Positions 18,288-27,968 of a DNA stretch of 38,734 bases are shown piece by piece. Each line of letters opens with the position of its first letter. Position 1 is the first letter of the stretch. The stretch is taken from IMG/VR virus record IMGVR_UViG_3300032295_000827, positions 1 to 38,734 of that record; one strand, 5' to 3'. The DNA is from a virus (taxonomy: Duplodnaviria > Caudoviricetes). The notes under the pieces are model-generated. The model did not search any database. It was not told where the DNA came from and saw only the letters and a program-made list of their open reading frames with translations. Made by a program: the position numbers and the translations under genes.

Positions 18288-21200
18288 TGGCTAGAATTTA
18301 TGAATCAACTCCTGGACAAATTCAGCTAACTGGGCCACAGCGAGTTGCGGGGTTTAATCCAGTCCAAGCATTTGATCCTAGTTCCCAGTTCCTACGGGAA
18401 ACACAGCGGCGCACCGAACAGTCCAATGCTGTTGCGGAGACTGTCCTCCAAAACAATAAACAAGACCTGGAGGCATTGACAGCCTTTTCTGAGACTCTCA
18501 ACAAGGTCATGCTTGAAGAGACGAAAGGTCGCATTGAGAAGGACATCAAACTGGGAATTGCACGAGTACTTAATGGTGATGTTACGGTCAATCCAAACGT
18601 TGCGGATAAGTACAAGCAGGAAAAGCAACAGTTTGAAGTAGCTGCTGATCAAGAACGTCAGACCGCCAATCAACTGACTGCGGTAAACCCAGGACTTGGT
18701 GAAACCTATCGCCAAGAAAACCCAACCCTCAATGCGTATCAACGGTATGGGGAAGCGGTTGGGCGTGCTCAACTGGCTGCCACTCAGGCTGAATATGTTC
18801 TTGACACCTTTGTGCGTGATCGGGACACACAAATTCCTCTGGTTCAACCAGATGGATCCACGAGATTTATCACTCCGGCCACTGCTCAAACACAGCCAGA
18901 ATTGATGGCAGTTTGGCAGGTAGGTCTTCAACGGTTTATGGAGACCGCTGGTGTTAGAGATCTCAATCCTCTAATCATTTCTGAACATCTCACTCCAACC
19001 ATGCTTCGGGTACGGCAACGTATTCTCGGAGAACGGATGAAGGAGATTGTCACCAATCGAGTTGCACTTGATCAGGAACGGTTCATCGCTGGTGTTGGTG
19101 GTAAGATTAACGGCTTTGCCGATAAAACACAGGCGCAAAGTCTTGTTGCTACGGCATACAGGGACGCCTATGCTTTGACAGGCAATTGGCAGGCGGCCAA
19201 CAAACTAGCCAACGATACCATCCTGACTCAGATCCAAAGGCTCGGGGCAACCAATCCGGTAGAGGCAAACACGGCTCTCGATAACTACGAAGCCTCCCTC
19301 ATCAATCCAGATGATCCTAGTCTGCGGACTGTTGGTGAGCGGTTCGGCCTTGATATTGCTGAGATTCGAACCAAACTCAATAGTCAGATTGAACAGCAGG
19401 CCAAAGAGGTTGAAGAATCCGTAAGGGAAGAAATCTCCTCAATGCTCAATCAATTCCAGGCCAACCCATCTCCTCGTTTGTTTGAGACAACGCAGACGAA
19501 ACTGGAGGAGATGCAGTCCTTGTATCCTGAGGCAACCGAAGCACTGACTAAACTGAGAACCTTTGGCAAGAACTACAATCCAAAGAATGATCAGAATGTC
19601 ATCGATGCCATTGGTAAGGGCATCATTAAAAGCTCTGCCGATATTGATCGCCTTGAAGCGACTGGTCACATCAGCTCTAGTGCTGCCCAGAGTGCTAAAG
19701 CCTTGCTGCCCAGTGATGATAACGAAAAATTGCTTCCTGATCTATCGGCAATGAGAGGATATGCCCGCGATAAATTGCGTGGCATTATGAGAGCACAGGG
19801 TATCCCTGATGGTCAATTTGCCGATAAAACAGCTTCAACTGTAAATGCTGCTGTATCGCTGGCTAGAGCTGCAACTTTGGATAAGTTGGCTACAGTCAGA
19901 ATGAATACGATGCAAGCGCAAAGTTTCTTTGAGCAGCAGCTAACTGAATACTTTACCCCCAATGTAGGCGGCCTCGCTCCAAGGCAAATAAATGGTCAAT
20001 GGATCCTTCCAACTCCTGGAACCTTGCCTGGAATGGTTAAACCGACTCGTCGCGTTTCTGGGCCTTCTGGTCTAGAGCTAGCCGAAGAGGTGGCAGCCCG
20101 CCTTCCCCGCGTTGTCTCCGGACGCAGTAGTGTTCTCTTCCCACGAGAACGCCTTGAGTTGAACATGGATGTTCTTAATAACGGAGGCAAGCCATCTGCA
20201 GATTTGGAAGTCATGGCCAGGGCCAGCAACCTATCGGTTAATGAACTTCTGAAGAAACAGGCTGAATTACAGGGGATTCCGTACACCGTAACTTCTTCTA
20301 ATGTTTCTGCTAAACGCTACTCAGACAACGCTAGCTACGATCCTGTTGCTGCTGCCGGGTTGGCAAATCCGAGAATTACAGGTCGCGCCAGAGAACGGCT
20401 TCGACTTCGCCTTCAAAGAGCCAAAGCCGGTCAAGACCTCCAAAGTCAATCCCAAGGAGGCGCTGGTAAAGGCCTGGCTTCCCTCAGAGCCGCTCTAGGC
20501 GAACTGGAGGGCGGTCCTGGTGATGCTGGGTATGGTGGATATAACAATGGTGTTGCTGGGAGTCTGACAGACCCACAGCTACCTAAGATGACCATCGCCC
20601 AGGTCAAGCAACGTGGCTACCTCCACAACGGAAAGTATCAATTCAAAGTCAAGACCCTTGAAGCTGCTCAACAGTTGGCAGGGATTCCAGACACAGCAGT
20701 GTTTGATAAGGCTACGCAGGACCGCCTGTTTGATGCGGTGATTACCGAGGGATTCCCCTGGAGGAAGAGACTTAATTCGTATCTGCGAGGTCAAAGCAAT
20801 GATCTTCGTGGTGCTGTTGAGGATCTGACAATGGAATGGGAAGCAACTCGCAAGATTGATGCCCCACGCTACCTTCGTGCCCTTAGGCAGGAGATGGCAG
20901 GCGGCGGAAATTTTAATGGTGCCGGGCTCCAATCGTTTCGACAGCAGGTAAGTTCCGTTACATTCGAACGCCCTGATGGTCAACCCGGCCTCGATGTATT
21001 TTTTGAAAATAAGCAATTCCCAGCAGTACTTCCTGGCAGAATCAAGGACATCAACTTTGAACCTGGCTATGGAAACTACGTGGTTGTGGAATCAATTGAT
21101 CCAGAGACTCGTCAACCCGTTGATGTGCTCTATGCCCACCTCGCTTCTCGCCCCTCCTTGGGGATTGGGACACGGGTGGTTCCTGGTCAAATCATTGGCC

Positions 21201-21352
21201 GACAAGGCGGTACAGGCAATGTTCGATCTGCGGATGGTACAATTGCCAGCATCGACTTCCTAGCTCCAGCCCCGGCTGGCAGCACCAGCATGACTCCGTA
21301 TCGAAACTTTGATCGCCTGCGGAGGCGCATTGCTGCTCAACTTGGGAAATAA
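18287..21352 (+). CDS. Internal virion protein gp15-like with C-terminal lysozyme-like and M23-like domains
   Basis: Synteny and a helical body. ELEGG...GKYQF...FDKATQD...EWE is lysozyme-like; GYGNYVVV...YAHL...GQIIGRQGGTG is M23-like. Confidence 0.85.
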   Translation: MARIYESTPGQIQLTGPQRVAGFNPVQAFDPSSQFLRETQRRTEQSNAVAETVLQNNKQDLEALTAFSETLNKVMLEETKGRIEKDIKLGIARVLNGDVTVNPNVADKYKQEKQQFEVAADQERQTANQLTAVNPGLGETYRQENPTLNAYQRYGEAVGRAQLAATQAEYVLDTFVRDRDTQIPLVQPDGSTRFITPATAQTQPELMAVWQVGLQRFMETAGVRDLNPLIISEHLTPTMLRVRQRILGERMKEIVTNRVALDQERFIAGVGGKINGFADKTQAQSLVATAYRDAYALTGNWQAANKLANDTILTQIQRLGATNPVEANTALDNYEASLINPDDPSLRTVGERFGLDIAEIRTKLNSQIEQQAKEVEESVREEISSMLNQFQANPSPRLFETTQTKLEEMQSLYPEATEALTKLRTFGKNYNPKNDQNVIDAIGKGIIKSSADIDRLEATGHISSSAAQSAKALLPSDDNEKLLPDLSAMRGYARDKLRGIMRAQGIPDGQFADKTASTVNAAVSLARAATLDKLATVRMNTMQAQSFFEQQLTEYFTPNVGGLAPRQINGQWILPTPGTLPGMVKPTRRVSGPSGLELAEEVAARLPRVVSGRSSVLFPRERLELNMDVLNNGGKPSADLEVMARASNLSVNELLKKQAELQGIPYTVTSSNVSAKRYSDNASYDPVAAAGLANPRITGRARERLRLRLQRAKAGQDLQSQSQGGAGKGLASLRAALGELEGGPGDAGYGGYNNGVAGSLTDPQLPKMTIAQVKQRGYLHNGKYQFKVKTLEAAQQLAGIPDTAVFDKATQDRLFDAVITEGFPWRKRLNSYLRGQSNDLRGAVEDLTMEWEATRKIDAPRYLRALRQEMAGGGNFNGAGLQSFRQQVSSVTFERPDGQPGLDVFFENKQFPAVLPGRIKDINFEPGYGNYVVVESIDPETRQPVDVLYAHLASRPSLGIGTRVVPGQIIGRQGGTGNVRSADGTIASIDFLAPAPAGSTSMTPYRNFDRLRRRIAAQLGK

Positions 21353-21421
21353 GGCCCTTGTTCCTTGCGGGGAATAGGGCCTCCCGCCCTTTTAGTCAAT
21401 TCACTGTCCCTTGAGGGGGAC
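21352..21421 (+). promoter_or_regulatory. Two intergenic hairpins between gp15 and gp16 (processing or regulatory)
   Basis: aggccct-t-gttcct[tgcg]gggaat-agggcct and gtccct[tgag]ggggac. Confidence 0.5.
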
Positions 21422-21439
21422 CCTACTTCCCCAACGAAC

Positions 21440-24400
21440 ATGGCTGAATACAAAGAGATTGATGGTGTGCCGGTTCTGGATGCCGCTGCTATCACCAAAC
21501 AAAATCGTGCCACAGCTGCGGCTAAAAAGAAAGCAGAGGAAGAGAAGCGTAAGCGCCAAGAAGCTGAGAAGCAACGCGCTGCTGCCGAAAAGAAGGCCGC
21601 TCAAGAGAAACAGTTCAATGAATCTCTTGTCAATCCTCTGGAATTCGCTAAACCCTTTGGTCAGTTCATTAGCGATCCTGGTGATGTTATCACAGGAGTG
21701 GCTGATCGGATGCTTGGCACCAAAACCCAAGAGATCTACCGCAAAGGTCAAAGTCAGATCCCAGGACTTGGAGCCGCTAAGGAAGTTCTTGGCACTGTAA
21801 GACAGGCTGGTGCGGACATCATTGAGAGTCCAGTTGATCTGGTATCTCAGATCGCGTTGGATGCTACGGTTAATCTTGGAAAGCGCCCCTACGAGGATGG
21901 GTACAAAAGAGCCCTCTCGGATATTGGTATTGAAGGACCCAAGACTGGTGTTGGTCAGGCTGCTTCCAAGCTTCTCAGTATTATCGCAACGGTTAGAGGT
22001 GCTCGCCGTCTGCCTGGTGGTAAGTTTGGCACCGCCCCTATCGATCCAAAACTTCAAGGCGTTGCTAAGCTTGGAGCCAAAGGCAAGAAGCTGGCACTTG
22101 AGGATCTGGTTCCTGGTGCTGTTGCTGATTTCCTGCTTACCAACGTCAAGGATGGTAACTTTTCGGATGCTGTTAAGTCGATGGTTCCCGAAGAATATCG
22201 GGATTCATTTGTGTTTGGATTGTCCACCGAACGCCTTGGTAACCCCTGGCTGAATCGAGCCAAGTCTGCTCTTGAAGGCGGCCCTCTTAACTTTGCGGGC
22301 AATGCCCTGGCGGCGATGGTTGCCGGTAGGTTTGCTGCTCAGGCAGCCAAGAAGGCCGGTAAATCAGATGCGGAAGCTCTTGCTGAGGGTGTCAATGCAG
22401 CTGCTACCAAGTCAGATGAATTGGCTAAGGAGACCGACAATCTCCAATCCAAAGAGTCTGGTGCCTGGAATGATGTTCGAGAGGAGGAACTGAACAAGCT
22501 TCTCCAGGATGAACAGAAGATTCGGGAACGGATCTCAGCAACAGATCCAGAGGATGCGGATGTACTTGAGGGCCTCAACAAGGAACTCAACGATGTGATG
22601 GATAAGCAGAAAGAAATCGATAACACGATTCTTGAAGCTGGTAATCCTGAGTCAAAGTATGAGTATTGGGAAACTCAGGGCACAGTCAAACCCGAACCAA
22701 TCAATAGGGTAGCTGCCGACCAGCTGGAACTGGAAACCAGTAAGATCAGCATTCATGGTGCATCCGGCAAGACCATGACGGATTCGGCCATTCGTGGTGC
22801 TGGTTACAAGGATACCTGGGTAGAACAAGCAGTTCGTAAGTACGAGAAGGATGTTGACACTGTTGATATTTCTCGTCTGACAGGCCTGACTGTGGATGAA
22901 GTTATCGGCAATGCGTCTCGCATCTATGGTGACTTTCTGGATGCTCTCCGCCCCTACGATGAGATGGTGGCGGACGAGGGTGAAGCTGCTCTAATTCGCA
23001 GGTTGTTTGAAGAGCAGAAGAACACACTGACCATCAATAAAACTGGCAGGCAAGTTCCCACTGCTGAATCCTTGGTAGCCATGAAGGCTATTGTTGGTGA
23101 TTTCTCCAACCAAATCTACGATCTAGCTAAACAGGCCGAAGAGGCCGATCAGGCTCAGATCTATAATTTCAACAGCTTTGATCGAGCCGTTGATAGGCTT
23201 GTGGGTGTTCTTGAGTTCTACAAAGAAGGTACCAATTTCTTTGGCGCATCTCTAAGTTCACAGAGGCTGAGCATCACCAAAAACGTTGAAGCGGGCGAAG
23301 CAGCAATGGCTGCCCGTGACTTCGAAATGGATGATGTTGTCACCCCACGTCGTTTGAAGAAGTGGGCACAGGAAGTCAAGGATGCGTATCGAAGGGGCGA
23401 TGCGGAAGCAGTAGATAAGATGCGAGCCTTGGTTCGTGCAATGGTTCTTGCTGGTGGTGATCCATCCAAGACCGTTTCTTTTGCTAGCACTGCGATGCAG
23501 ATGTTTGGCAAGAACCAGATGTCGCTCTTCTACAATAGCATTCTTTCTGGCACCAAAACCATCTTCCGAAACTTCTCTGGTGTCTATCGCTTGGTTGAGG
23601 CCCCCACTAGCATGGCCATCAGCGGTGCCTGGAAGGGCGATAAGGCCACGATCAAGGCTGCCCTTGCTGGGTATAGTGCCATCACTCAAAGCACCCAGGA
23701 GGCCCTTAGGGTAGCTCTCAGGACGTGGCAGACAAAAATTCCTGCTTCCTCCACTACTTACCGGGTAGTTCAGGATGCGGAGTCTCGTGCTATGCTTGAA
23801 GCCATGGAACAGGTTGCTAAGACGCCAGCGGAACAGTTGACGGTGGGTTTCCTCAAGGCTCAGTATCGCTTTGCTGAGTGGTTGGAGTGGCCCAGCCTTT
23901 TGCTGGTCAGCATGGACGACGCCTTTAAGACCATCCTTGTGCGGCAACGGATTGCAGAAATTGCAACCTATAAAGCCTATCAAGAAGGCCCCTTGGATGT
24001 GGCAGCTCGAACAAAAGCATACGTCAACGAGTATGCTAAGTATGTCGATCCAAACACTGGTCAGATCAAAGATGCTGGTCTCCAAAAGTATGCGGAGATT
24101 GGCACCTATCAAAACGATCCAGGAATGGGTCTGAATCACCTTTCGGCTGCTCTAGACAATCTTGATTATATTGGGCCTGCTGGTCGCCTCGTGGTTCCAT
24201 TTATTCGTACCCCAGCAAACATTTTTGCATACCAACTTGAGCATCTGCCACTGACGGCTAGGTTTTCAAGGCAGTATCAGGATGCAATGGCTTCCGGTGA
24301 TCCATTGTTGATTGCTGAATACGAAGGGCGTCAGGCCCTTGGGACAGTCATCGCAGCATCTATTGTGCCTATGGCATGGAATGAAATGTTTACTGGCAAC

Positions 24401-25414
24401 ATTCCAATCGACTCAAAGGAACGTCAGCGGTGGCAAAAGCTAGGCATTCAGGCTCGTTCTGTCAAGATTGGGGGTCAGTACATCTCGTATAATGCTCTGG
24501 AGCCTCTTTCCAACATCATTGCTGCTGTTGCGGATATTACAGCGGTTTCCAAGGCAGGCGGTGCTGATCTTGCCGAACGACTTGGTGGGCAACTTGTTCT
24601 GGCTATTGCAGCAAGCTTTACCGAAAAGAGTTACTTCTCTGGCTTGGCTGCTCTTGGTGAGTTTCTATCACCTGAAACCTGGACCTCCACTACGGTCATG
24701 AAGGGCTTCCTTAGCATGGCAAACAACCAAACACCCCTTGCTGGAGCCCGTAGAACGTTGTCGAACAGCATGAATCCGTATATGCGGGAATACAGCAATG
24801 AATTTGAACGCCTTCTGAATGTAGCCCTTCCTGGCTATGCTGTGACTCGTCCAGAAGTCATTGATGTGCTTACGGGTAAACCACTCCGCAACCCAAATGG
24901 CGGGATTCCAAATGCCATAGCCCCCTTCGAAGTGAGCCCTGAAAACAAGGATCCTGTGGCTAAATTCCTTATGGAGATTGAATTTGCCTGGAAAGACAGT
25001 CTGGATAAGGCCCCCAATGGTCGCCCCATGACTGCGGAACAGAAGCAATTCATCCGCAAGGAGATGTACCGCAACGGACTTCGCAGGGACATTGATAACC
25101 TCCGCAAACTGGATTGGGTTAAGGAGGACCTTACCAAGTGGAAGAACCGCAACAAGGGTGCCATGAGTGACTACACTCGTGATACTCCGCTGGTCAATGA
25201 TGAGGTCAAGAAGCTTTGGGATGATTCCAAGCGTCGAGCCTTTGCAAAACTAGAGCTGGAAGATGCGGTGATTGCGGAACAGAACCGTAAAATTCGTGCT
25301 GCCCAGTATCAAACCCAACAGGGCAACTACAGCCCCGATCAACCCAAGGATTTCAGCACCGCTGATGTTGAAGGGTTGAACAGAGTCTATCAGGACATCA
25401 TGAACTTCAAGTAA
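21440..25414 (+). CDS. Large internal virion (ejection) protein, T7 gp16-like
   Basis: About 1324 aa, helical, before the tail fibre gene, with VPFIRTPANI. ATG 21440 is preferred over TTG 21365. Confidence 0.85.
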   Translation: MAEYKEIDGVPVLDAAAITKQNRATAAAKKKAEEEKRKRQEAEKQRAAAEKKAAQEKQFNESLVNPLEFAKPFGQFISDPGDVITGVADRMLGTKTQEIYRKGQSQIPGLGAAKEVLGTVRQAGADIIESPVDLVSQIALDATVNLGKRPYEDGYKRALSDIGIEGPKTGVGQAASKLLSIIATVRGARRLPGGKFGTAPIDPKLQGVAKLGAKGKKLALEDLVPGAVADFLLTNVKDGNFSDAVKSMVPEEYRDSFVFGLSTERLGNPWLNRAKSALEGGPLNFAGNALAAMVAGRFAAQAAKKAGKSDAEALAEGVNAAATKSDELAKETDNLQSKESGAWNDVREEELNKLLQDEQKIRERISATDPEDADVLEGLNKELNDVMDKQKEIDNTILEAGNPESKYEYWETQGTVKPEPINRVAADQLELETSKISIHGASGKTMTDSAIRGAGYKDTWVEQAVRKYEKDVDTVDISRLTGLTVDEVIGNASRIYGDFLDALRPYDEMVADEGEAALIRRLFEEQKNTLTINKTGRQVPTAESLVAMKAIVGDFSNQIYDLAKQAEEADQAQIYNFNSFDRAVDRLVGVLEFYKEGTNFFGASLSSQRLSITKNVEAGEAAMAARDFEMDDVVTPRRLKKWAQEVKDAYRRGDAEAVDKMRALVRAMVLAGGDPSKTVSFASTAMQMFGKNQMSLFYNSILSGTKTIFRNFSGVYRLVEAPTSMAISGAWKGDKATIKAALAGYSAITQSTQEALRVALRTWQTKIPASSTTYRVVQDAESRAMLEAMEQVAKTPAEQLTVGFLKAQYRFAEWLEWPSLLLVSMDDAFKTILVRQRIAEIATYKAYQEGPLDVAARTKAYVNEYAKYVDPNTGQIKDAGLQKYAEIGTYQNDPGMGLNHLSAALDNLDYIGPAGRLVVPFIRTPANIFAYQLEHLPLTARFSRQYQDAMASGDPLLIAEYEGRQALGTVIAASIVPMAWNEMFTGNIPIDSKERQRWQKLGIQARSVKIGGQYISYNALEPLSNIIAAVADITAVSKAGGADLAERLGGQLVLAIAASFTEKSYFSGLAALGEFLSPETWTSTTVMKGFLSMANNQTPLAGARRTLSNSMNPYMREYSNEFERLLNVALPGYAVTRPEVIDVLTGKPLRNPNGGIPNAIAPFEVSPENKDPVAKFLMEIEFAWKDSLDKAPNGRPMTAEQKQFIRKEMYRNGLRRDIDNLRKLDWVKEDLTKWKNRNKGAMSDYTRDTPLVNDEVKKLWDDSKRRAFAKLELEDAVIAEQNRKIRAAQYQTQQGNYSPDQPKDFSTADVEGLNRVYQDIMNFK

Positions 25415-25417
25415 ACC

Positions 25418-27607
25418 ATGGCTGTTACTCAGAACACCTATACGGGGAATGGGTCTACCACGATCTATTCCCTGTCTTTTTCCTACCTGGATAAGGCCGA
25501 TGTCAAGGTTACGGTTAACAACGTACTCGTAACCAACTACATCTTTGCCACCGCTTCATCCATTCAGTTCTCGACGGCCCCTTCTGCTGGGGCTGCCATT
25601 CGAATCTATCGGGACACCGATACGGATCAGACAAAGGCCACCTTCTTTGCTGGTTCGGCCATCAAGGCCAAGGATCTGAATTCTAACTTCACTCAGACCC
25701 TTTACGCCGTTCAAGAGATTGCCTTTAGGGCCCTCAACAAGATTGGGGATACCATGCAAGGTATTCTCAACATGGGTGGGTTCAGGATTACCAATGTCGC
25801 TGATCCTGTTAATGTTCAAGATGCAGCCACCAAAAATTATGTGGATGGAATTGCGCTTGCTGGCACAGTACCCAATGGATATAGGGGCGATATTACTGTA
25901 TCAGGAGCGGGCGCGATCTGGACAATTGACAATGGTGCCGTAACTACTGCAAAAATTGCCAACGATACAATTCTAAATGAAGACATCAATTCGTCTGCAA
26001 ATATCGCTGCAACCAAACTCAGCTTTACCCAAACTGGCAGTGGTGCGACGGCAAGGAACGTTGAGAATAAGCTCAGGGATGTTGTATCCGTAAAAGACTT
26101 TGGGGCCGTTGGAGATGGGGTTACGGATGATACGGCTGCGATTCAGGCCGCTATCAATGCTGTCAATTCCAAGGGGGGCGGAACTCTGTTTTTCCCCAAT
26201 GGCGGTTACAGGTTAACGTCTACAATTACGTTGAAACCAAACGTTTCTATTATTGGAGAAACGAAAGGAGAGTGGGGGACTCCCAATACTGGCGTCTATT
26301 TCCGCAAAGCTTTTGTAACTGGTTCTGTGTTTCACTCACCAAGCAGTCAAACACTTTTGGGAATCACCTTTGAAAACTTCTGGATTCAAGGAAACAAAGG
26401 TGGAATTGGTGGAGCAAATGGAAACGGCATTTGGATTGAACTTGCCCACGATGTTATCTTTAGGAATGTATGGGTACATGAATGTCCAAGCAGTGGATTC
26501 GTCATTGGATCTGGTTCTGCATCTTATCATAACTATTTTTATAATTGCTACGCATCTTTCAATGGAGCATGTGGCTATATAATTCAGTCAGACTGGGCGC
26601 GTCTTGTTGATTGTTGGGCCGATGGTAACTTCATTGGCATCCAATTTCCAGCCACCAATGCCGGTAGTCACTCATTTATTAGTCGTTGCCACTTTGAGGA
26701 ATGGGAACAGGCTGCCATTAGCATTGAAGGCAATCCTGGGATAGGCGGTGGCGGAAATCATTGCATTACTGAATGCAAGTTCTATAGCCGCCCATACAAC
26801 GTTGGATGGGCAGCCCATGGAATCTTCTTCAATGGTGCAACTGGAGCAAGTGGCTGCAGTAGTAACAAGATTATCAATAATTTCTTCACTTATCAGACAA
26901 CTTATGGCCCTACCAAAGTTGGAAAATACGCCATTTACTTGTTTGGTGGTGCCTGTCTAGATAACATAATTTCTGGAAACATTATCGGAAACTTTGAAAG
27001 AGGAATTAGCATCAACTCTGGCTCTATTCGCACAGCAGTTTCCAAAAATACCATTGAGAGTTGTACGCTAGCTATCAGTAATAATGCTGCGTACAGCGAC
27101 ATTAAAGGTAATACATTTCTTGCCAACACTGCTGACTTGTCGGATACGGGGACGTTGGCATGGATAACCGACAACAACTTTGCGGTTGCTCCGGCACTCC
27201 ATTTCTCTGATTTTTGTGCCAACAACAATAGCGGCAGTATTGGCAGCTTTTCTCCTGATGTTGCCTTTGGCGGTGGCAATACCGGCATTACTTACACACA
27301 GCGTAATGGCCGCTTTGAGAAAACTGGCAAGACCGTCCACTACTGGTTTGACATCATTCTTTCCAACAAGGGTTCGTCAACAGGCGTGCTTACATTAAAT
27401 CTCCCTATTCCCCCAAGAGCTGGTATCTCTGCACCGGGTACGGCTTGGTTTTACCAAGGAAATACAGTTTCTGCGACCAGCTTCAGTTACGTGAACCCAT
27501 CCAACGCATTGGTGTATTTCCTTGAAAGTCCAACTGCCTTTGTCAGTGACACACAACTAACCAATACTGCCGGGTTTAGTGGGTATCTTTGCTATGAATC
27601 AGCCTAA
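25418..27607 (+). CDS. Tail fibre/tailspike: T7 gp17 anchor plus pectate-lyase-like beta-helix
   Basis: N-terminal YTGNGSTT.YS.SFSYL...IRIYRDT, then VSVKDFGAVGDGVTDDTAAIQAAI and Asn/Cys ladder repeats (I..N.I). Confidence 0.92.
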   Translation: MAVTQNTYTGNGSTTIYSLSFSYLDKADVKVTVNNVLVTNYIFATASSIQFSTAPSAGAAIRIYRDTDTDQTKATFFAGSAIKAKDLNSNFTQTLYAVQEIAFRALNKIGDTMQGILNMGGFRITNVADPVNVQDAATKNYVDGIALAGTVPNGYRGDITVSGAGAIWTIDNGAVTTAKIANDTILNEDINSSANIAATKLSFTQTGSGATARNVENKLRDVVSVKDFGAVGDGVTDDTAAIQAAINAVNSKGGGTLFFPNGGYRLTSTITLKPNVSIIGETKGEWGTPNTGVYFRKAFVTGSVFHSPSSQTLLGITFENFWIQGNKGGIGGANGNGIWIELAHDVIFRNVWVHECPSSGFVIGSGSASYHNYFYNCYASFNGACGYIIQSDWARLVDCWADGNFIGIQFPATNAGSHSFISRCHFEEWEQAAISIEGNPGIGGGGNHCITECKFYSRPYNVGWAAHGIFFNGATGASGCSSNKIINNFFTYQTTYGPTKVGKYAIYLFGGACLDNIISGNIIGNFERGISINSGSIRTAVSKNTIESCTLAISNNAAYSDIKGNTFLANTADLSDTGTLAWITDNNFAVAPALHFSDFCANNNSGSIGSFSPDVAFGGGNTGITYTQRNGRFEKTGKTVHYWFDIILSNKGSSTGVLTLNLPIPPRAGISAPGTAWFYQGNTVSATSFSYVNPSNALVYFLESPTAFVSDTQLTNTAGFSGYLCYESA

Positions 27608-27645
27608 ACGGATGCCCTATTTTCTAAACTCTGTCCAATGCAATA

Positions 27646-27774
27646 ATGGGAAACCCCAAGTCACTCAATAAGACAACCCACGTCCCTGGTCCCCCGAAGA
27701 AAACTAAGCAGGGCCAGGGACATCATTCACTTCCAAACCATTCTCGCAAACAATCACGAGGTCAAGGTAAATGA
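27646..27774 (+). CDS. Basic microprotein (42 aa) MGNPKSLNKTTHVPGPPKKTKQGQGHHSLPNHSRKQSRGQGK
   Basis: Below the ORF-track cutoff. Its stop overlaps the next ATG (ATGA), and the KKTxQG...RGQGK pattern is one I recall from cyanophage microproteins. Confidence 0.75.
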   Translation: MGNPKSLNKTTHVPGPPKKTKQGQGHHSLPNHSRKQSRGQGK

Positions 27775-27968
27775 TCACCATCTTCGGCATCAAGCTGACC
27801 TATGAGGCAGCTATCTTTTTCGGACTCTTCATTGCTTCTGAGGTTATTGGTCTCAGCAAGTATCGTTCCAACAGCGTTGTTCAGGTTCTGCTGAAAGTCG
27901 TCACCCTGCTGAAGCCCCTTCGGTCTGAGGATGACAGGATTCAAAAGGTCAAGGATTCCCTCCGGTGA
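27771..27968 (+). CDS. Putative holin (65 aa)
   Basis: Hydrophobic helix AAIFFGLFIASEVIGL, amphipathic SNSVVQVLL and a charged tail, upstream of the endolysin. Confidence 0.55.
   Translation: MITIFGIKLTYEAAIFFGLFIASEVIGLSKYRSNSVVQVLLKVVTLLKPLRSEDDRIQKVKDSLR

Noticed and set aside
21365-21439. Upstream alternative starts from the ORF track (21365 for gp16; likewise 1865, 6201, 8427, 9079, 12407, 32849, 34002)
   Set aside because: The extensions run through hairpins or upstream genes, while the downstream ATG/GTG starts match family N-termini and coupling patterns.
23258-24139. 293-aa minus-strand ORF and other long antisense ORFs (973-1581, 21401-22057, 28702-29247, 33362-34141)
   Set aside because: They lie wholly opposite well-supported genes, have no motifs, and are expected shadows of codon bias in a unidirectional genome.
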